64,000 nucleotides of DNA, taken from contig JALXBP010000057.1 in the NCBI GenBank assembly GCA_026991395.1, forward strand, positions 733-64,732, read 5' to 3'. Shown here one piece after another: positions 22,748 through 32,685 of the stretch (position 1 is its first letter; every line of letters begins with the position of its first letter). Both the position numbers and the translations under genes were made by a program. Source of the DNA: Anaerolineae bacterium (GTDB lineage: Bacteria; Chloroflexota; Anaerolineae; B4-G1; SLSP01). The notes below the pieces were generated by a model, which worked only from the letters and a program-made list of their open reading frames with translations, did not search any database and was not told the origin of the DNA.

Positions 22748-24562
22748 ATGAAGCAACTCTTGTCCGGCAACGAAGCCATCGCGCGAGGGGCGTGGGAGGC
22801 GGGCGTGCAGTACGCTTCCGCCTACCCCGGTACCCCCTCCACCGAGATTCTGGAAAACTTCGCACGCTACCCCGGCATACGCGCCGAGTGGGCGGCCAAC
22901 GAGAAGGTGGCGTTGGATAACGCCATCGGGGCCTCTTTCGGCGGAGCGCGGACGATAGCGGTGATGAAGCACGTCGGCGTCAACGTCGCCGCCGACAGCC
23001 TGATGTCCGTCTCCTACACGGGCGTCTTCGGTGGACTGGTGCTCGTCAGCGCCGACGATGCAGGAGCCTTCTCCTCGCAGAACGAACAGGACAACCGCAA
23101 CTACGCCCGCTTCGGCAAGTTCCCCTGCTTCGATCCGGCGGACAGCGAGGAGGCGCGGCAGTACGTCGGCGTGGCGTTGGACCTGAGCGAGCAGTTCCGC
23201 ACGCCGGTGATGCTGCGCACGACGACGCGGCTCTCCCACTCCAAGTCGGCGGTGGAGGTCTCGCCGCCCACGGAGCGGGCGTTCGAGCCGCTGCCCCCCT
23301 TCAAGCGGGAGAAGGAGGTTACCCGCGTCATCATCCCCGCCGTGGCCCGCAAGCGCCACCCCGAAATCGAGGAGCGGCTGCGGCAGATCGCCGAGTGGGC
23401 GGAGACGGCCCCCGTCAACCGCATCGAGTGGGGCGACAAGCGGCTGGGCATCGTGACCGTCGGGATCGCCTACCAGTACGTGCGCGAGATCTTCGAGGGC
23501 TTCTCCATCCTCAAGCTGGGGATGAGCTATCCGCTGCCGATGAAGATGCTGCGCGACTTCGCCGAACAGGTGGAGCAGTTGATCGTCGTCGAGGAACTGG
23601 ACCCCTTCGTGGAGGATCAGCTCAAAGCGGCGGGGATCGCCGTGGCGCACGGGAAGGATATCTTCCCGATGTGCGGCGAGTTGACGCTGGCGAAGGTGCG
23701 CGCCGGTGCCGTGAAGGCGGGGCTGCCCGTCGCGCCCATCCCGCCCGCCGTCCCGCCGATCGACGAGGTTGCCATTCCGGCGCGGCCCCCGGCGCTCTGT
23801 CCCGGCTGTCCGCACCGCGCGTTCTTCTACAACCTGAGCCGCCAGAAGCGCAAGGTGATGATCGCCGGCGACATCGGCTGCTACTCGATGGGCGTCCTGC
23901 CGCCCTTCCAGGCGATGGATATGCTCATCTCGATGGGCGCAAGCATCGGCATGGCGCATGGCTTCAAGCAGGCAGGCGGGCAGGAGAAGGCGGTCGCCAC
24001 CATCGGCGATAGCACCTTCTTCCACTCCGGCATGGCCCCGCTGGCGAGCGCCGTGTACAACCGCAGCAACATCACCGTCGCCATCCTCGATAACCGCATC
24101 ACGGCGATGACGGGACAGCAGGAGAACCCCGGCACGGGCAAGACGCTCCAGGGGCAGGAGACGCAGGAGGTGGATATCACCGCCGTCGTCGAGGCGATGG
24201 GCGTCAAGTACGTCAAGGAGGTGGATGCCTGGGATGTGGAGGCCGTCGGCAAGACGCTCAAGGAGGCAACCGCCTTCGAGGACGGCCCGGCGGTGATGGT
24301 CGTCAAGGGGGCCTGTGTCTTCATCCCGGAGTACAAGCCGCTGCCCCGCCTGGAGGTGATCGCCGACCAATGCATCGCCTGCGGCCTCTGCTTCAAGGTG
24401 GGGTGTCCGGCTATCCTCAAGAGCGAGGAGGTCTTCGAGAAGACGGGGAAGCCGAAAGCGGTCATCGATCCGCTGCTCTGCACCGGCTGTACCGTTTGCG
24501 CGCAGGTCTGTCCGACCGATGCGATCGTCCCGATGGAATCGGACTACATGGCGGGGAGGTGA
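22748..24562 (+). CDS. iorA: Indolepyruvate ferredoxin oxidoreductase subunit alpha
   Basis: N-terminal LLSGNEAIARGAWEAGVQYASAYPGTPSTEI TPP-enzyme motif. C-terminal 2x[4Fe-4S] CIACGLCFKVGCP and CTGCTVCAQVCP. Confidence 0.88.
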   Translation: MKQLLSGNEAIARGAWEAGVQYASAYPGTPSTEILENFARYPGIRAEWAANEKVALDNAIGASFGGARTIAVMKHVGVNVAADSLMSVSYTGVFGGLVLVSADDAGAFSSQNEQDNRNYARFGKFPCFDPADSEEARQYVGVALDLSEQFRTPVMLRTTTRLSHSKSAVEVSPPTERAFEPLPPFKREKEVTRVIIPAVARKRHPEIEERLRQIAEWAETAPVNRIEWGDKRLGIVTVGIAYQYVREIFEGFSILKLGMSYPLPMKMLRDFAEQVEQLIVVEELDPFVEDQLKAAGIAVAHGKDIFPMCGELTLAKVRAGAVKAGLPVAPIPPAVPPIDEVAIPARPPALCPGCPHRAFFYNLSRQKRKVMIAGDIGCYSMGVLPPFQAMDMLISMGASIGMAHGFKQAGGQEKAVATIGDSTFFHSGMAPLASAVYNRSNITVAILDNRITAMTGQQENPGTGKTLQGQETQEVDITAVVEAMGVKYVKEVDAWDVEAVGKTLKEATAFEDGPAVMVVKGACVFIPEYKPLPRLEVIADQCIACGLCFKVGCPAILKSEEVFEKTGKPKAVIDPLLCTGCTVCAQVCPTDAIVPMESDYMAGR

Positions 24563-24565
24563 GCG

Positions 24566-25159
24566 ATGACCATCGAACGGCTGAATATGCTCTTCGTCGG
24601 CGTGGGCGGTCAGGGCGTCCTTACGGCCTCGGATATCGCCGCGCAGGTGGGGCTGGATTTAGGGCTGGATGCGAAGAAATCGGAGGTGCATGGCTTCGCG
24701 CAGCGCGGCGGCGTGGTGGAAAGCCACGTCCGCTGGGCTCCGGTGGTGGGCGCGCCGATCTGCGAGAAGGGGACGGTGGACGTGCTCGTCGCCTTCGAGT
24801 TGCTGGAAGCGGCGCGGTGGATTGACTGGCTGCGCGTGGGCGGGACGGTCGTCGTCAACACGCAGCAGATCACGCCGATGTCAGTGAGCGTCGGCGATGC
24901 GGTCTATCCCGAAAAGGAGGCGTTGCTGGCGGCGCTGCGGAAACGGGCCGGGCGCGTCGTCGCCGTCGATGCGCTGCCCATCGCCGAGCAGGCGGGGAGC
25001 ACGCGGACGATGAACACCGTCATCCTGGCCGCTCTCTCCACCTTGCTGGAGACGCCGCCGGAGGTCTGGGAGCGGGCGATCCTGCGCCGCGTCCCGGCCA
25101 AGTACGGCGAGGTCAACCGCGTGGCCTTCCGCCTGGGGCGGGAAGCGGCGGGCGCATAA
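24566..25159 (+). CDS. iorB: Indolepyruvate ferredoxin oxidoreductase subunit beta
   Basis: MLFVGVGGQGVLTASDIAAQ...HGFAQRGGVV gamma/beta subunit fold. 4 nt after iorA. Confidence 0.85.
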   Translation: MTIERLNMLFVGVGGQGVLTASDIAAQVGLDLGLDAKKSEVHGFAQRGGVVESHVRWAPVVGAPICEKGTVDVLVAFELLEAARWIDWLRVGGTVVVNTQQITPMSVSVGDAVYPEKEALLAALRKRAGRVVAVDALPIAEQAGSTRTMNTVILAALSTLLETPPEVWERAILRRVPAKYGEVNRVAFRLGREAAGA

Positions 25160-25247
25160 GGATTCGTCGCTCGGGTCGAGGCCGCGGCGGGTGGGGGTGC
25201 CGGCGGCCTCGACTGTGCATTGAGGTTTCCGGGGCCGGAGGTTCGGA

Positions 25248-27236
25248 ATGCAACCCTCGTCCTATCCCTACGCTATCGGCACTATCCGGCGGCTATGGCG
25301 GGCTTTCACGTCCGGCGGGCCGGCCGATCTGCGGCAACTCGATCCGCTGGTCGCCCGCTCCTGGCTGCGATGTCGGGCGCTGGGCGTCGATCCCTTCAAG
25401 TCGCTTCCCGATTGTCCGGCGGAAGAGGATGGTCTGGAAGCGCGCCGTGCCCGCTGTGAGCGCCTCATCTCCATTGCCAAGCCGTTTATGGAGGACATCT
25501 ACCAGTTCGCCGGTGAGTCCGATGCGGTCATTTATCTCACCGATCGCGATCTCTACGTGCTGGACGCACTGGGGGATGCAGCGCTCTTTCGGCATATGGA
25601 TGACCTCGGGCTGGGCGTCGGTGTTCAACTGCGTGAGGCTTGCGTCGGGACGACGGCGGCGGCCATCGCGCTGCACGAGGGGCAGCCCGTGCAGGTCGTC
25701 GGGCCGGAGCATTATTGCCACCAGTTGCACGTCTTCACGGGCACGGCAGCACCGATCTACTCCCCGCTGGGCGAGTTGATCGGCGTCATCGGCATCTCCA
25801 CGCTGGAGAAATTCAGCCATCCGCACACGATCAGCGCCTTGATGGCCACGGCGCGCGCCATCGAAAATCAACTGCACGCGGAGAATATGCTCTCCGACAT
25901 TCACAAGCACCTGGACGAACTGAACGCCGCCCTGCAGAGTATGCGGCATGGGATCATCTTCCTCACCGCCGACGGACGCATCAGCCACATCAACCCGCAG
26001 GCGGGGAAGGCGCTGGGACTTTCCCATCAGAAAGCGCAGGGGCGCAGACTGCGCTCGCTGGTCGAACTGCCCGCCGAGATCGACGTGGCCCTGCGCGAGG
26101 GGAAGCCGATGGAGCAGCGCGAGGTCATCTTCCGCGTGGGGAAGGAGCCGCGTCCCTGCGTCGCCAGCGTGGACGTGCTGCGGGAGGGCGACGAGCTGAA
26201 CGGCTTCGTGATCGCCGTGGAGCAGGCGGCGCAGGCGCGGCGCTTGGCCCAGCGGGCGGTCGGGACCTTGGCGCACTTCACCTTCGATGACATCGTCGGC
26301 AAGAGCCTGCGTTTGACGCGGGTGCTCTACTACGCGAGGATGATCGCCCGCAGCGATTCGACCGTTCTGCTGCTGGGCGAAAGCGGCACGGGCAAGGAGA
26401 TGTTCGCGCAGGCGATCCACAATGCCAGCCAGCGGGCGAGCGGCCCTTTCGTGGCGGTGAACTGCGCAGCCGTCCCGCGCGAACTGATCGCATACGAGCT
26501 TTTCGGGCGGGAGGGCGATCCGCAGAGCGGGCGCGAGGGACGTCCGAGCAAGTTCGAACTGGCCGACGGGGGGACGATCTTCCTCGACAATGTGGATGGT
26601 CTGCCGCTCGATGTGCAAGCCCGGCTGGTGCACGTGATCGACTCGAGAGGCGTCTACCGCCTCAACGGTGCCCAGGCCATTCCCATCGACGTGCGCATCA
26701 TCGCTGCCTCCGGCGATGTCAATCTCCTCGACCGCGTGCAGGAGGGCCGTTTCCGCGCCGACCTTTTCTACCGCCTGCACGTGCTCACGCTGGTGATCCC
26801 GCCCCTGCGCAAGCGCGGCGACGATGTTCCCCTGCTCATCCACAGTCTGATCGCCCGCTTTTCGCGGCGGATGGGCAAGCACGTCCACATCTCCCCGGAG
26901 GCGATGGCCGTCCTGCAGTCCTACCCCTGGCCGGGCAATATCCGCGAGATGGAAAACGTGCTCGAACGGGCGATGTACATGGTCGAGGATGGGGGGCGGT
27001 TGGAGGTGGAACATCTGCCGCGCAAGCTGCAGGAGGCGGTCATCGGTGGTGCCAGCGACGACGTGCTCTCCCTGGCCGAGGCGGAACGCCAGGCCATCAT
27101 CCGTGCCGGTCGGGCCTGTCGCGGCAAGGTTACGAAAATGGCGGAAGCGCTGGGCATCGGGCGGACGACGCTGTGGCGCAAGATGCGGGCTTACGGCCTT
27201 TCGGCCCGTTCATTCAAGACGCGGGACGAGGGGTGA
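25248..27236 (+). CDS. Sigma-54-dependent Fis-family transcriptional activator (AcoR-like: GAF + PAS + AAA+ + HTH)
   Basis: AAA+ sigma-54 activator core [23 protein letters not shown]-region equivalent [16 protein letters not shown]-terminal [24 protein letters not shown]. Confidence 0.85.
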   Translation: MQPSSYPYAIGTIRRLWRAFTSGGPADLRQLDPLVARSWLRCRALGVDPFKSLPDCPAEEDGLEARRARCERLISIAKPFMEDIYQFAGESDAVIYLTDRDLYVLDALGDAALFRHMDDLGLGVGVQLREACVGTTAAAIALHEGQPVQVVGPEHYCHQLHVFTGTAAPIYSPLGELIGVIGISTLEKFSHPHTISALMATARAIENQLHAENMLSDIHKHLDELNAALQSMRHGIIFLTADGRISHINPQAGKALGLSHQKAQGRRLRSLVELPAEIDVALREGKPMEQREVIFRVGKEPRPCVASVDVLREGDELNGFVIAVEQAAQARRLAQRAVGTLAHFTFDDIVGKSLRLTRVLYYARMIARSDSTVLLLGESGTGKEMFAQAIHNASQRASGPFVAVNCAAVPRELIAYELFGREGDPQSGREGRPSKFELADGGTIFLDNVDGLPLDVQARLVHVIDSRGVYRLNGAQAIPIDVRIIAASGDVNLLDRVQEGRFRADLFYRLHVLTLVIPPLRKRGDDVPLLIHSLIARFSRRMGKHVHISPEAMAVLQSYPWPGNIREMENVLERAMYMVEDGGRLEVEHLPRKLQEAVIGGASDDVLSLAEAERQAIIRAGRACRGKVTKMAEALGIGRTTLWRKMRAYGLSARSFKTRDEG

Positions 27237-27239
27237 GCG

Positions 27240-27899
27240 ATGTCGCCGACGCTGGCGGCCATCGAGCGTAACTTGCGTCGCCGCCTGGCCTATCCCTACA
27301 TCTGGGGCGGTGTGCAGAACGACCGCCGTGATCGCGCCACCGACTTCATCTATTCGATCCTGGCCTTCGATGAGCTTTTGGCAGCCATCGAGGAGCGTTT
27401 TGGCGGCAGCCGGGATTACCCGGCCTGGCGCAACTATGCCCTCAATCGCTGGTACAACTTCTGGTCGGCACGGGCGGTGGAGATGATCTTCGCCGCCCAG
27501 CCCGGCGTCCTCCCCGCGCCGAATGCCCGCGATCGCCTGGTGGATTTCACCTTGCAGGGTATTCCCTTCGATCACAAGACGACGGTCTTTCCGCGGGCCT
27601 TCGGGCATGACCTGGCCTACGCACGCCGCAGGCCGGAGGTGCTCCTGCGCTGGCTCTACGCACACCAGAGCCGTGAGCGTCGCTATCATCGGCGCAATCG
27701 GCTCTTCATCCTCCTCTACCGCGATGACGGTGCGCATTGGCGGCTTCGTGCCGAGGTCGGCTGGCTGGCGCAGCTCATCGGCAACTACGTGCGCAATTTC
27801 CGGCGAGAGCGCCTGCATCGGCTGCAGGGCGAGGATGGGACGGTCGCTCTGGCCGATCTCATCTGGGCGGTGGGGCCTCCCTCTGCAGATGCCGAGTAA
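27240..27899 (+). CDS. Hypothetical cytoplasmic protein (219 aa), no recognisable domain
   Basis: Uninterrupted ORF starting 4 nt after the regulator stop; no TM or signal peptide. Acidic patches FDELLAAIEERF, VDFTLQGIPFDHK (a PD-(D/E)xK-like fold is speculative). Confidence 0.5.
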   Translation: MSPTLAAIERNLRRRLAYPYIWGGVQNDRRDRATDFIYSILAFDELLAAIEERFGGSRDYPAWRNYALNRWYNFWSARAVEMIFAAQPGVLPAPNARDRLVDFTLQGIPFDHKTTVFPRAFGHDLAYARRRPEVLLRWLYAHQSRERRYHRRNRLFILLYRDDGAHWRLRAEVGWLAQLIGNYVRNFRRERLHRLQGEDGTVALADLIWAVGPPSADAE

Positions 27900-28016
27900 T
27901 CCCCCCCTTGGGCGGCTTCCCGTGTTCGCCGCGCCGCTGTTGAGCTTCGGCGCGGCTTGTGGTAAACTACAAGGTAAGGAAACGGTTGATTTTCGCGCAA
28001 GGCAAGGAGGATAGCA

Positions 28017-31000
28017 ATGTTTCGGCGAGATTATCGTCCCTATGTGCTTTTGATGACTGCCGTGATTGGCATGGCTTTGTTCGGTTTGGCCCTCTTTTCC
28101 CTTTCTGGCACGGTGGGGGCCTCGGCGCTCGCTTCGCCATCCGCCCAGGTGTTGGAAGTGCAGCTTCTCTCCCGTGAAAATACCCACGTTGATGAGGCCC
28201 TTACGTACACGATCCATATCACCAATACGGCGGCCTACACGATCGATGCACTGCTGGTTACGGATACCTGGTCGGTCAACCTGCCGCAGGATCTGTGGTC
28301 ACGGGGCATTCTCCCCCACTTCATCACCTACACCGCCGATCCGCCTTCTGCTGTAACCTTCTTCACGCATGTGCATAACGTGGACTACAAGCGCGGTGAG
28401 GCTTACTGGCACCTCGGCCCGCTGGGCGGCGGTGAGGGGGTGGAGATCGTCTTCAGCGTTACCGTTCCCATCACCCTGGAACCGGCGTTGGGGGAGTACG
28501 AGGGGGGGCGTGTCGGCCCCTCCAGCATCGAGGATTCCCTGGTCGTCGATCCGAGCGTGGCCGATCCCGGAACGGCGCACAATACGACGATGATCCACGC
28601 TCCCTTGCTGCGGGTCGAGACTTCGGCGGTGCAGGAGGTCGCCCCCGCCGACAGTGTCCGCGTCGGTCGATTGATTACGCTTTCCTGGCTGATCTCCGAT
28701 CTCGACTATGAGGGCACGCTCCCCCGCCCGGATACGGAGGAGGCCCGCGGTTTGCATCTGTACGTTCTCCTCCCCGCGCAACTCATCAACGCCGTGCTCC
28801 AGACGGAAGCCGATGTCCCCGGCGTTACGACGGCGCTCGATCCGGCGACGGGATGGTTCACGTGGACCTTCCCCGCCGATTACGTGCTCCCTATCGGCGC
28901 GCAGACCCGTTTGACGATGGTCGCCCGCTTGCCCGCCGACACGGCCTACAATCCGGCGACGCAGAAGCTCACCCTTTCGCGCGATGATATGCTGATCGCG
29001 GCCTCGAACCGCTTGGAAAGGGAATGGTCTTACGTGACGATCAAGCGCAACATCCTCGGCCCCTTCGACAAGGTCGTTGTGGCGGCCTATCCGCCTTCGG
29101 GGGATACGCACACGTATCCCAATCGACCGGTAACGTACACGCTGACCTTCTACAATCCGCTGCAGACGGACGTGACGAACGCCGTGCTGACCGATGCGCT
29201 GTTCTCCGACTTCGTCTTCCTGACCCAGACGGCTGGCTCGCTGCCGCTGCCGGTGGGAAATGGCCATATCGTTCGATGGGATAACGTCGATATCCCGGCG
29301 AACGGGGCCGTGAGCGCGACCCTTCGCGTCTCCGTCACGGCGCACACGGAGCCGGATGCGTGCAACAGCGTGCGGCATTACAATGCCGTCACGATCACGC
29401 ATGCCTCTTTCCCGAATAACGGACGGTATATCGGTGACAACACGAACCGGATGGCTCGACTGGTCGTCGATCGACAGATCTACGTCAAGATCGTCGGCGA
29501 GCCTTCCCTCCAGCTTCCCGGTGAGTTGGTTACCTACACCGTGACGATGGGCAATTACAGCCCTCTGCAAGTCGATCCGCCCTTCGTGCTCACCGTAACG
29601 CTGCCGGTCTCCTTCTCCTTCTTCGATATGGTCAGTACGACGCCCTCCTCCCCGACGGTGATCAGTGATCACATCCTGGTGTGGGACGATCTCCCCGCCA
29701 TTCCGGGAAGTGGTTCCGTTGCCTTCTCGTTCCGCGCCATTGCCGACGGCGCGACGGCCCAGCGCTACAAGAGCCTGGTCGAGATCGAATCGCCGCGTAC
29801 CCGCACATGCCCCTATCGCGGCGCGGAGGTGAAGATCGACGTGCCTTTCCGCGTCGTCAAATATGCCTTGACCGATACCGTCGTGATGGGGGAGGATGTG
29901 GGGTATCAGGCTATGCTCTACAACATCTCCCCGAGGAATGCTTACACGCTCACCTATTTCGAAGATGTGTTGCCGGATTACACGGTGGATGCGAGTGATG
30001 GGGATGGCGCTTTCACGCAGACGGAGGGGCTGCCCTCGATGATTGCGCCCAACGGTGTCTGGACATCGACGGTCTTCTCGGCGACTTACGTCGGCGGGGG
30101 CGTGGGGACCGCCGCATGTTTCGCCTCTTTCAGCGGACGCTCCATCGTGCAGCAGGCTGGCAAGCTGCGCTTCGATATCGACCAGGAGGGAACCTTTGTC
30201 AACCAGGATAATCTGGCCCGGGTGGCCATTCTTCCCCAGCTCTCCATCGATCAAGAGGTGTGGCCCAACCCTGTGGCCTACAGCCACACCCAGGTTTTGA
30301 CCATCACCTTGCACGACAACCGGACGGAGAATCTCACCGACGTTACCGGCATCCGTGTTCACTGGACGGCGCCGACGAACGAAGGCGTGAGCTATCGGCT
30401 GCTTTCCAGTTCGCCGCCCACAGTCGCCCAGAGTGGCCTCGACTACTACTGGGATGTGACGGTGCCCGGAGGTGGCGAGCGACAGATCGTCTTGACGATC
30501 CTTGCACCGATGCCGCCCGACGACAGGCAGGCGGATTTCATTGCCCACGTCCAGGTGGATGAGGCGGACGATCCGGCCATCTGTGTCGATCAGGACAACA
30601 TCCGTCTGAGGGTGCGCCGTGGATTGCGCGTGAAGAAGCTCACCTACGATCCACAGGTGGGGCCGTTCGGTCTCGTGCGCTATCGAGTCCTCATCTACAA
30701 CGATGTGGGCGAGGATGCGCACGACATCGTTTTCACCGATGTCTTGCCTCTGGAATGGAGCTTCGAGTACGCCGACAGCGGTTTTCCGCAGCCGGTCGGC
30801 ATCGATCCGCCCGTCTGGCACATCGATACCATTCCCGCGGGCGGGGTGGTCGATCTGCGTTTCGCCGCGCGGACCTATAACTACCTCGGCCTCTGGTTCA
30901 ACGATTTCGAGGCGGAGGCTCCCTTCGACATCTACAAGGATCGAACCTACACCGATACGGTGGATGTCCAGGTGATCAGCGGCATCGGGATGTACAAACG

Positions 31001-32666
31001 GGTTACGCCGCAGGAGGCCAACATCGAGGAATCCGTCGTGTACACGATTACCGTCTACAACGGTAGCAGCGACAAGATGTACGATTTCCGCATCACCGAC
31101 ACGTTGCCCCTCGGCCTGAGTTACGCTGGTATGACGGAAGGGCCGTCGCCTGCCTGGATCACAGAGACGGCGGAGGGTGAGGTGCTGGTCTGGCGCATCG
31201 CCTCTGTGCTCAATCCCCAGCGTGAACTGAACCTCGCCTTCCGCGCCGATATCGGTGCCGATCTCTACAGTGGATACTACTACAACAGCTTGATGGGCGA
31301 GGCGGTAAACTACGACACGGGGGATCGCATCGTCTTGCCGCCTGCGCTGCGTACCGCGCCCTTGCGGATTCACGGCAAGCCGTCGGCGGAGGTGGACAAG
31401 ACGGTCTCGCCCGCGACCGTGATGGCGGGCCAGACGGTAACGTACACCATCTCCCTGCTCAGTATGGCGGATATCTCCTACACCGTGCGGATAACCGACC
31501 TGCTGCCGTACTCGCTCACCTTCGAGAGCGGCGTCAACGCCACGCCGGTCAGTGTGGAGATGGACGAGAGCGGTCGCCAGCGGGTCGTCTGGGACGGCAT
31601 CGAGGTCGCCCCCGACGAGCAGATCGAGATCATCTTCCGCGCCCGCGTCGATCGCCGCGCCGATGGGGTGTACTGCAACGATGTAACTTTCCAGATGGGG
31701 CGCTATGCCCAGCCGCCGCAGAGTGACTTGGCCTGTCTGTCGGTAACGCCGCTGCCCCACATCGACGGCACGATCTCCAAGGATGACGGTGAGCTTTTCG
31801 TCGCCGCGGGCAAACGGCTGACCTACACGATCGTCTACAGCAACGCGGCGACGTCCGGCTTGCCGCTCTACGACCTGACCGTTACCGAGATGATCACGCC
31901 GCTCGACTACATCACGCCGCTTCCCGGCACTGAGTGGACCGATCTCGGCAACGGACGCTATCGCTTCACCGCGCCCGGCCCGCTCGATCCGGGGGAGCAG
32001 GGCGTGCTCACCTTCGTGGTGCAAGCCGCAGGCAGCGTGCCGGAGGACTGGAACCGCCCCTTGGTCAACACGGCAGCCTTCTCGTACACCACGCACGCCG
32101 ACGCGCTGGAGTTCGATCTCACCGACAACTATGCCTCGGATATGGATACCTGGCAGGGACGCAATCCGGATTTGATCGTGGAGGCGTTGAGCTATCGGCC
32201 CGAGCGCCCGCGACCGGGAGAGCCGATGACCGTAACGGCGCGGATCGGCAACATCGGTGAGCGGGATGCGGACACGCGCTGGGATGGCTCGACAGACCCG
32301 GTCAACCTCTTCATCGTCGAGTTCTATCTGCGGGAACACCCTTCCTCGCCGCCGAGCAGCGTCTTCGATCACGAGGGCGGCTATGCCGAAGGCTACGATC
32401 ACCTCGTCTGGACAGGCCCGCTGGCCGTCGGTACTTCGCGCGTGGTTACGGCATACTTCCCTGCACCTTCGTCGGAGGGCGACTACGATTTCTATGCCCA
32501 GGTTGACATCTCCGATGAGTGCAGTGACTGCGGTTTCTGGGGCAAGCCGTGGGGGCTGATTGCGGAAGAGGACGAATCGAATAATATTTACGCATACCCC
32601 GCCGGCCCTGTGGAGGTCAAGGCGATCACGATGGTCTACTTGCCCCTGGTGCTGCGAAATCGCTGA
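28017..32666 (+). CDS. Giant surface protein (1549 aa) with multiple DUF11 repeats and a C-terminal CARDB-like domain
   Basis: N-terminal signal/anchor MTAVIGMALFGLALFSLSG. Repeated DUF11 signature (e.g. VVYTITVYNGSSDKMYDFRITDTLPLGLSY, QTVTYTISLL...RITDLLPYSLTF). C-terminal CARDB-like region, ending ...VYLPLVLRNR. Confidence 0.85.
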   Translation: MFRRDYRPYVLLMTAVIGMALFGLALFSLSGTVGASALASPSAQVLEVQLLSRENTHVDEALTYTIHITNTAAYTIDALLVTDTWSVNLPQDLWSRGILPHFITYTADPPSAVTFFTHVHNVDYKRGEAYWHLGPLGGGEGVEIVFSVTVPITLEPALGEYEGGRVGPSSIEDSLVVDPSVADPGTAHNTTMIHAPLLRVETSAVQEVAPADSVRVGRLITLSWLISDLDYEGTLPRPDTEEARGLHLYVLLPAQLINAVLQTEADVPGVTTALDPATGWFTWTFPADYVLPIGAQTRLTMVARLPADTAYNPATQKLTLSRDDMLIAASNRLEREWSYVTIKRNILGPFDKVVVAAYPPSGDTHTYPNRPVTYTLTFYNPLQTDVTNAVLTDALFSDFVFLTQTAGSLPLPVGNGHIVRWDNVDIPANGAVSATLRVSVTAHTEPDACNSVRHYNAVTITHASFPNNGRYIGDNTNRMARLVVDRQIYVKIVGEPSLQLPGELVTYTVTMGNYSPLQVDPPFVLTVTLPVSFSFFDMVSTTPSSPTVISDHILVWDDLPAIPGSGSVAFSFRAIADGATAQRYKSLVEIESPRTRTCPYRGAEVKIDVPFRVVKYALTDTVVMGEDVGYQAMLYNISPRNAYTLTYFEDVLPDYTVDASDGDGAFTQTEGLPSMIAPNGVWTSTVFSATYVGGGVGTAACFASFSGRSIVQQAGKLRFDIDQEGTFVNQDNLARVAILPQLSIDQEVWPNPVAYSHTQVLTITLHDNRTENLTDVTGIRVHWTAPTNEGVSYRLLSSSPPTVAQSGLDYYWDVTVPGGGERQIVLTILAPMPPDDRQADFIAHVQVDEADDPAICVDQDNIRLRVRRGLRVKKLTYDPQVGPFGLVRYRVLIYNDVGEDAHDIVFTDVLPLEWSFEYADSGFPQPVGIDPPVWHIDTIPAGGVVDLRFAARTYNYLGLWFNDFEAEAPFDIYKDRTYTDTVDVQVISGIGMYKRVTPQEANIEESVVYTITVYNGSSDKMYDFRITDTLPLGLSYAGMTEGPSPAWITETAEGEVLVWRIASVLNPQRELNLAFRADIGADLYSGYYYNSLMGEAVNYDTGDRIVLPPALRTAPLRIHGKPSAEVDKTVSPATVMAGQTVTYTISLLSMADISYTVRITDLLPYSLTFESGVNATPVSVEMDESGRQRVVWDGIEVAPDEQIEIIFRARVDRRADGVYCNDVTFQMGRYAQPPQSDLACLSVTPLPHIDGTISKDDGELFVAAGKRLTYTIVYSNAATSGLPLYDLTVTEMITPLDYITPLPGTEWTDLGNGRYRFTAPGPLDPGEQGVLTFVVQAAGSVPEDWNRPLVNTAAFSYTTHADALEFDLTDNYASDMDTWQGRNPDLIVEALSYRPERPRPGEPMTVTARIGNIGERDADTRWDGSTDPVNLFIVEFYLREHPSSPPSSVFDHEGGYAEGYDHLVWTGPLAVGTSRVVTAYFPAPSSEGDYDFYAQVDISDECSDCGFWGKPWGLIAEEDESNNIYAYPAGPVEVKAITMVYLPLVLRNR

Positions 32667-32685
32667 GCGGGGAAGAGGAGGGACG

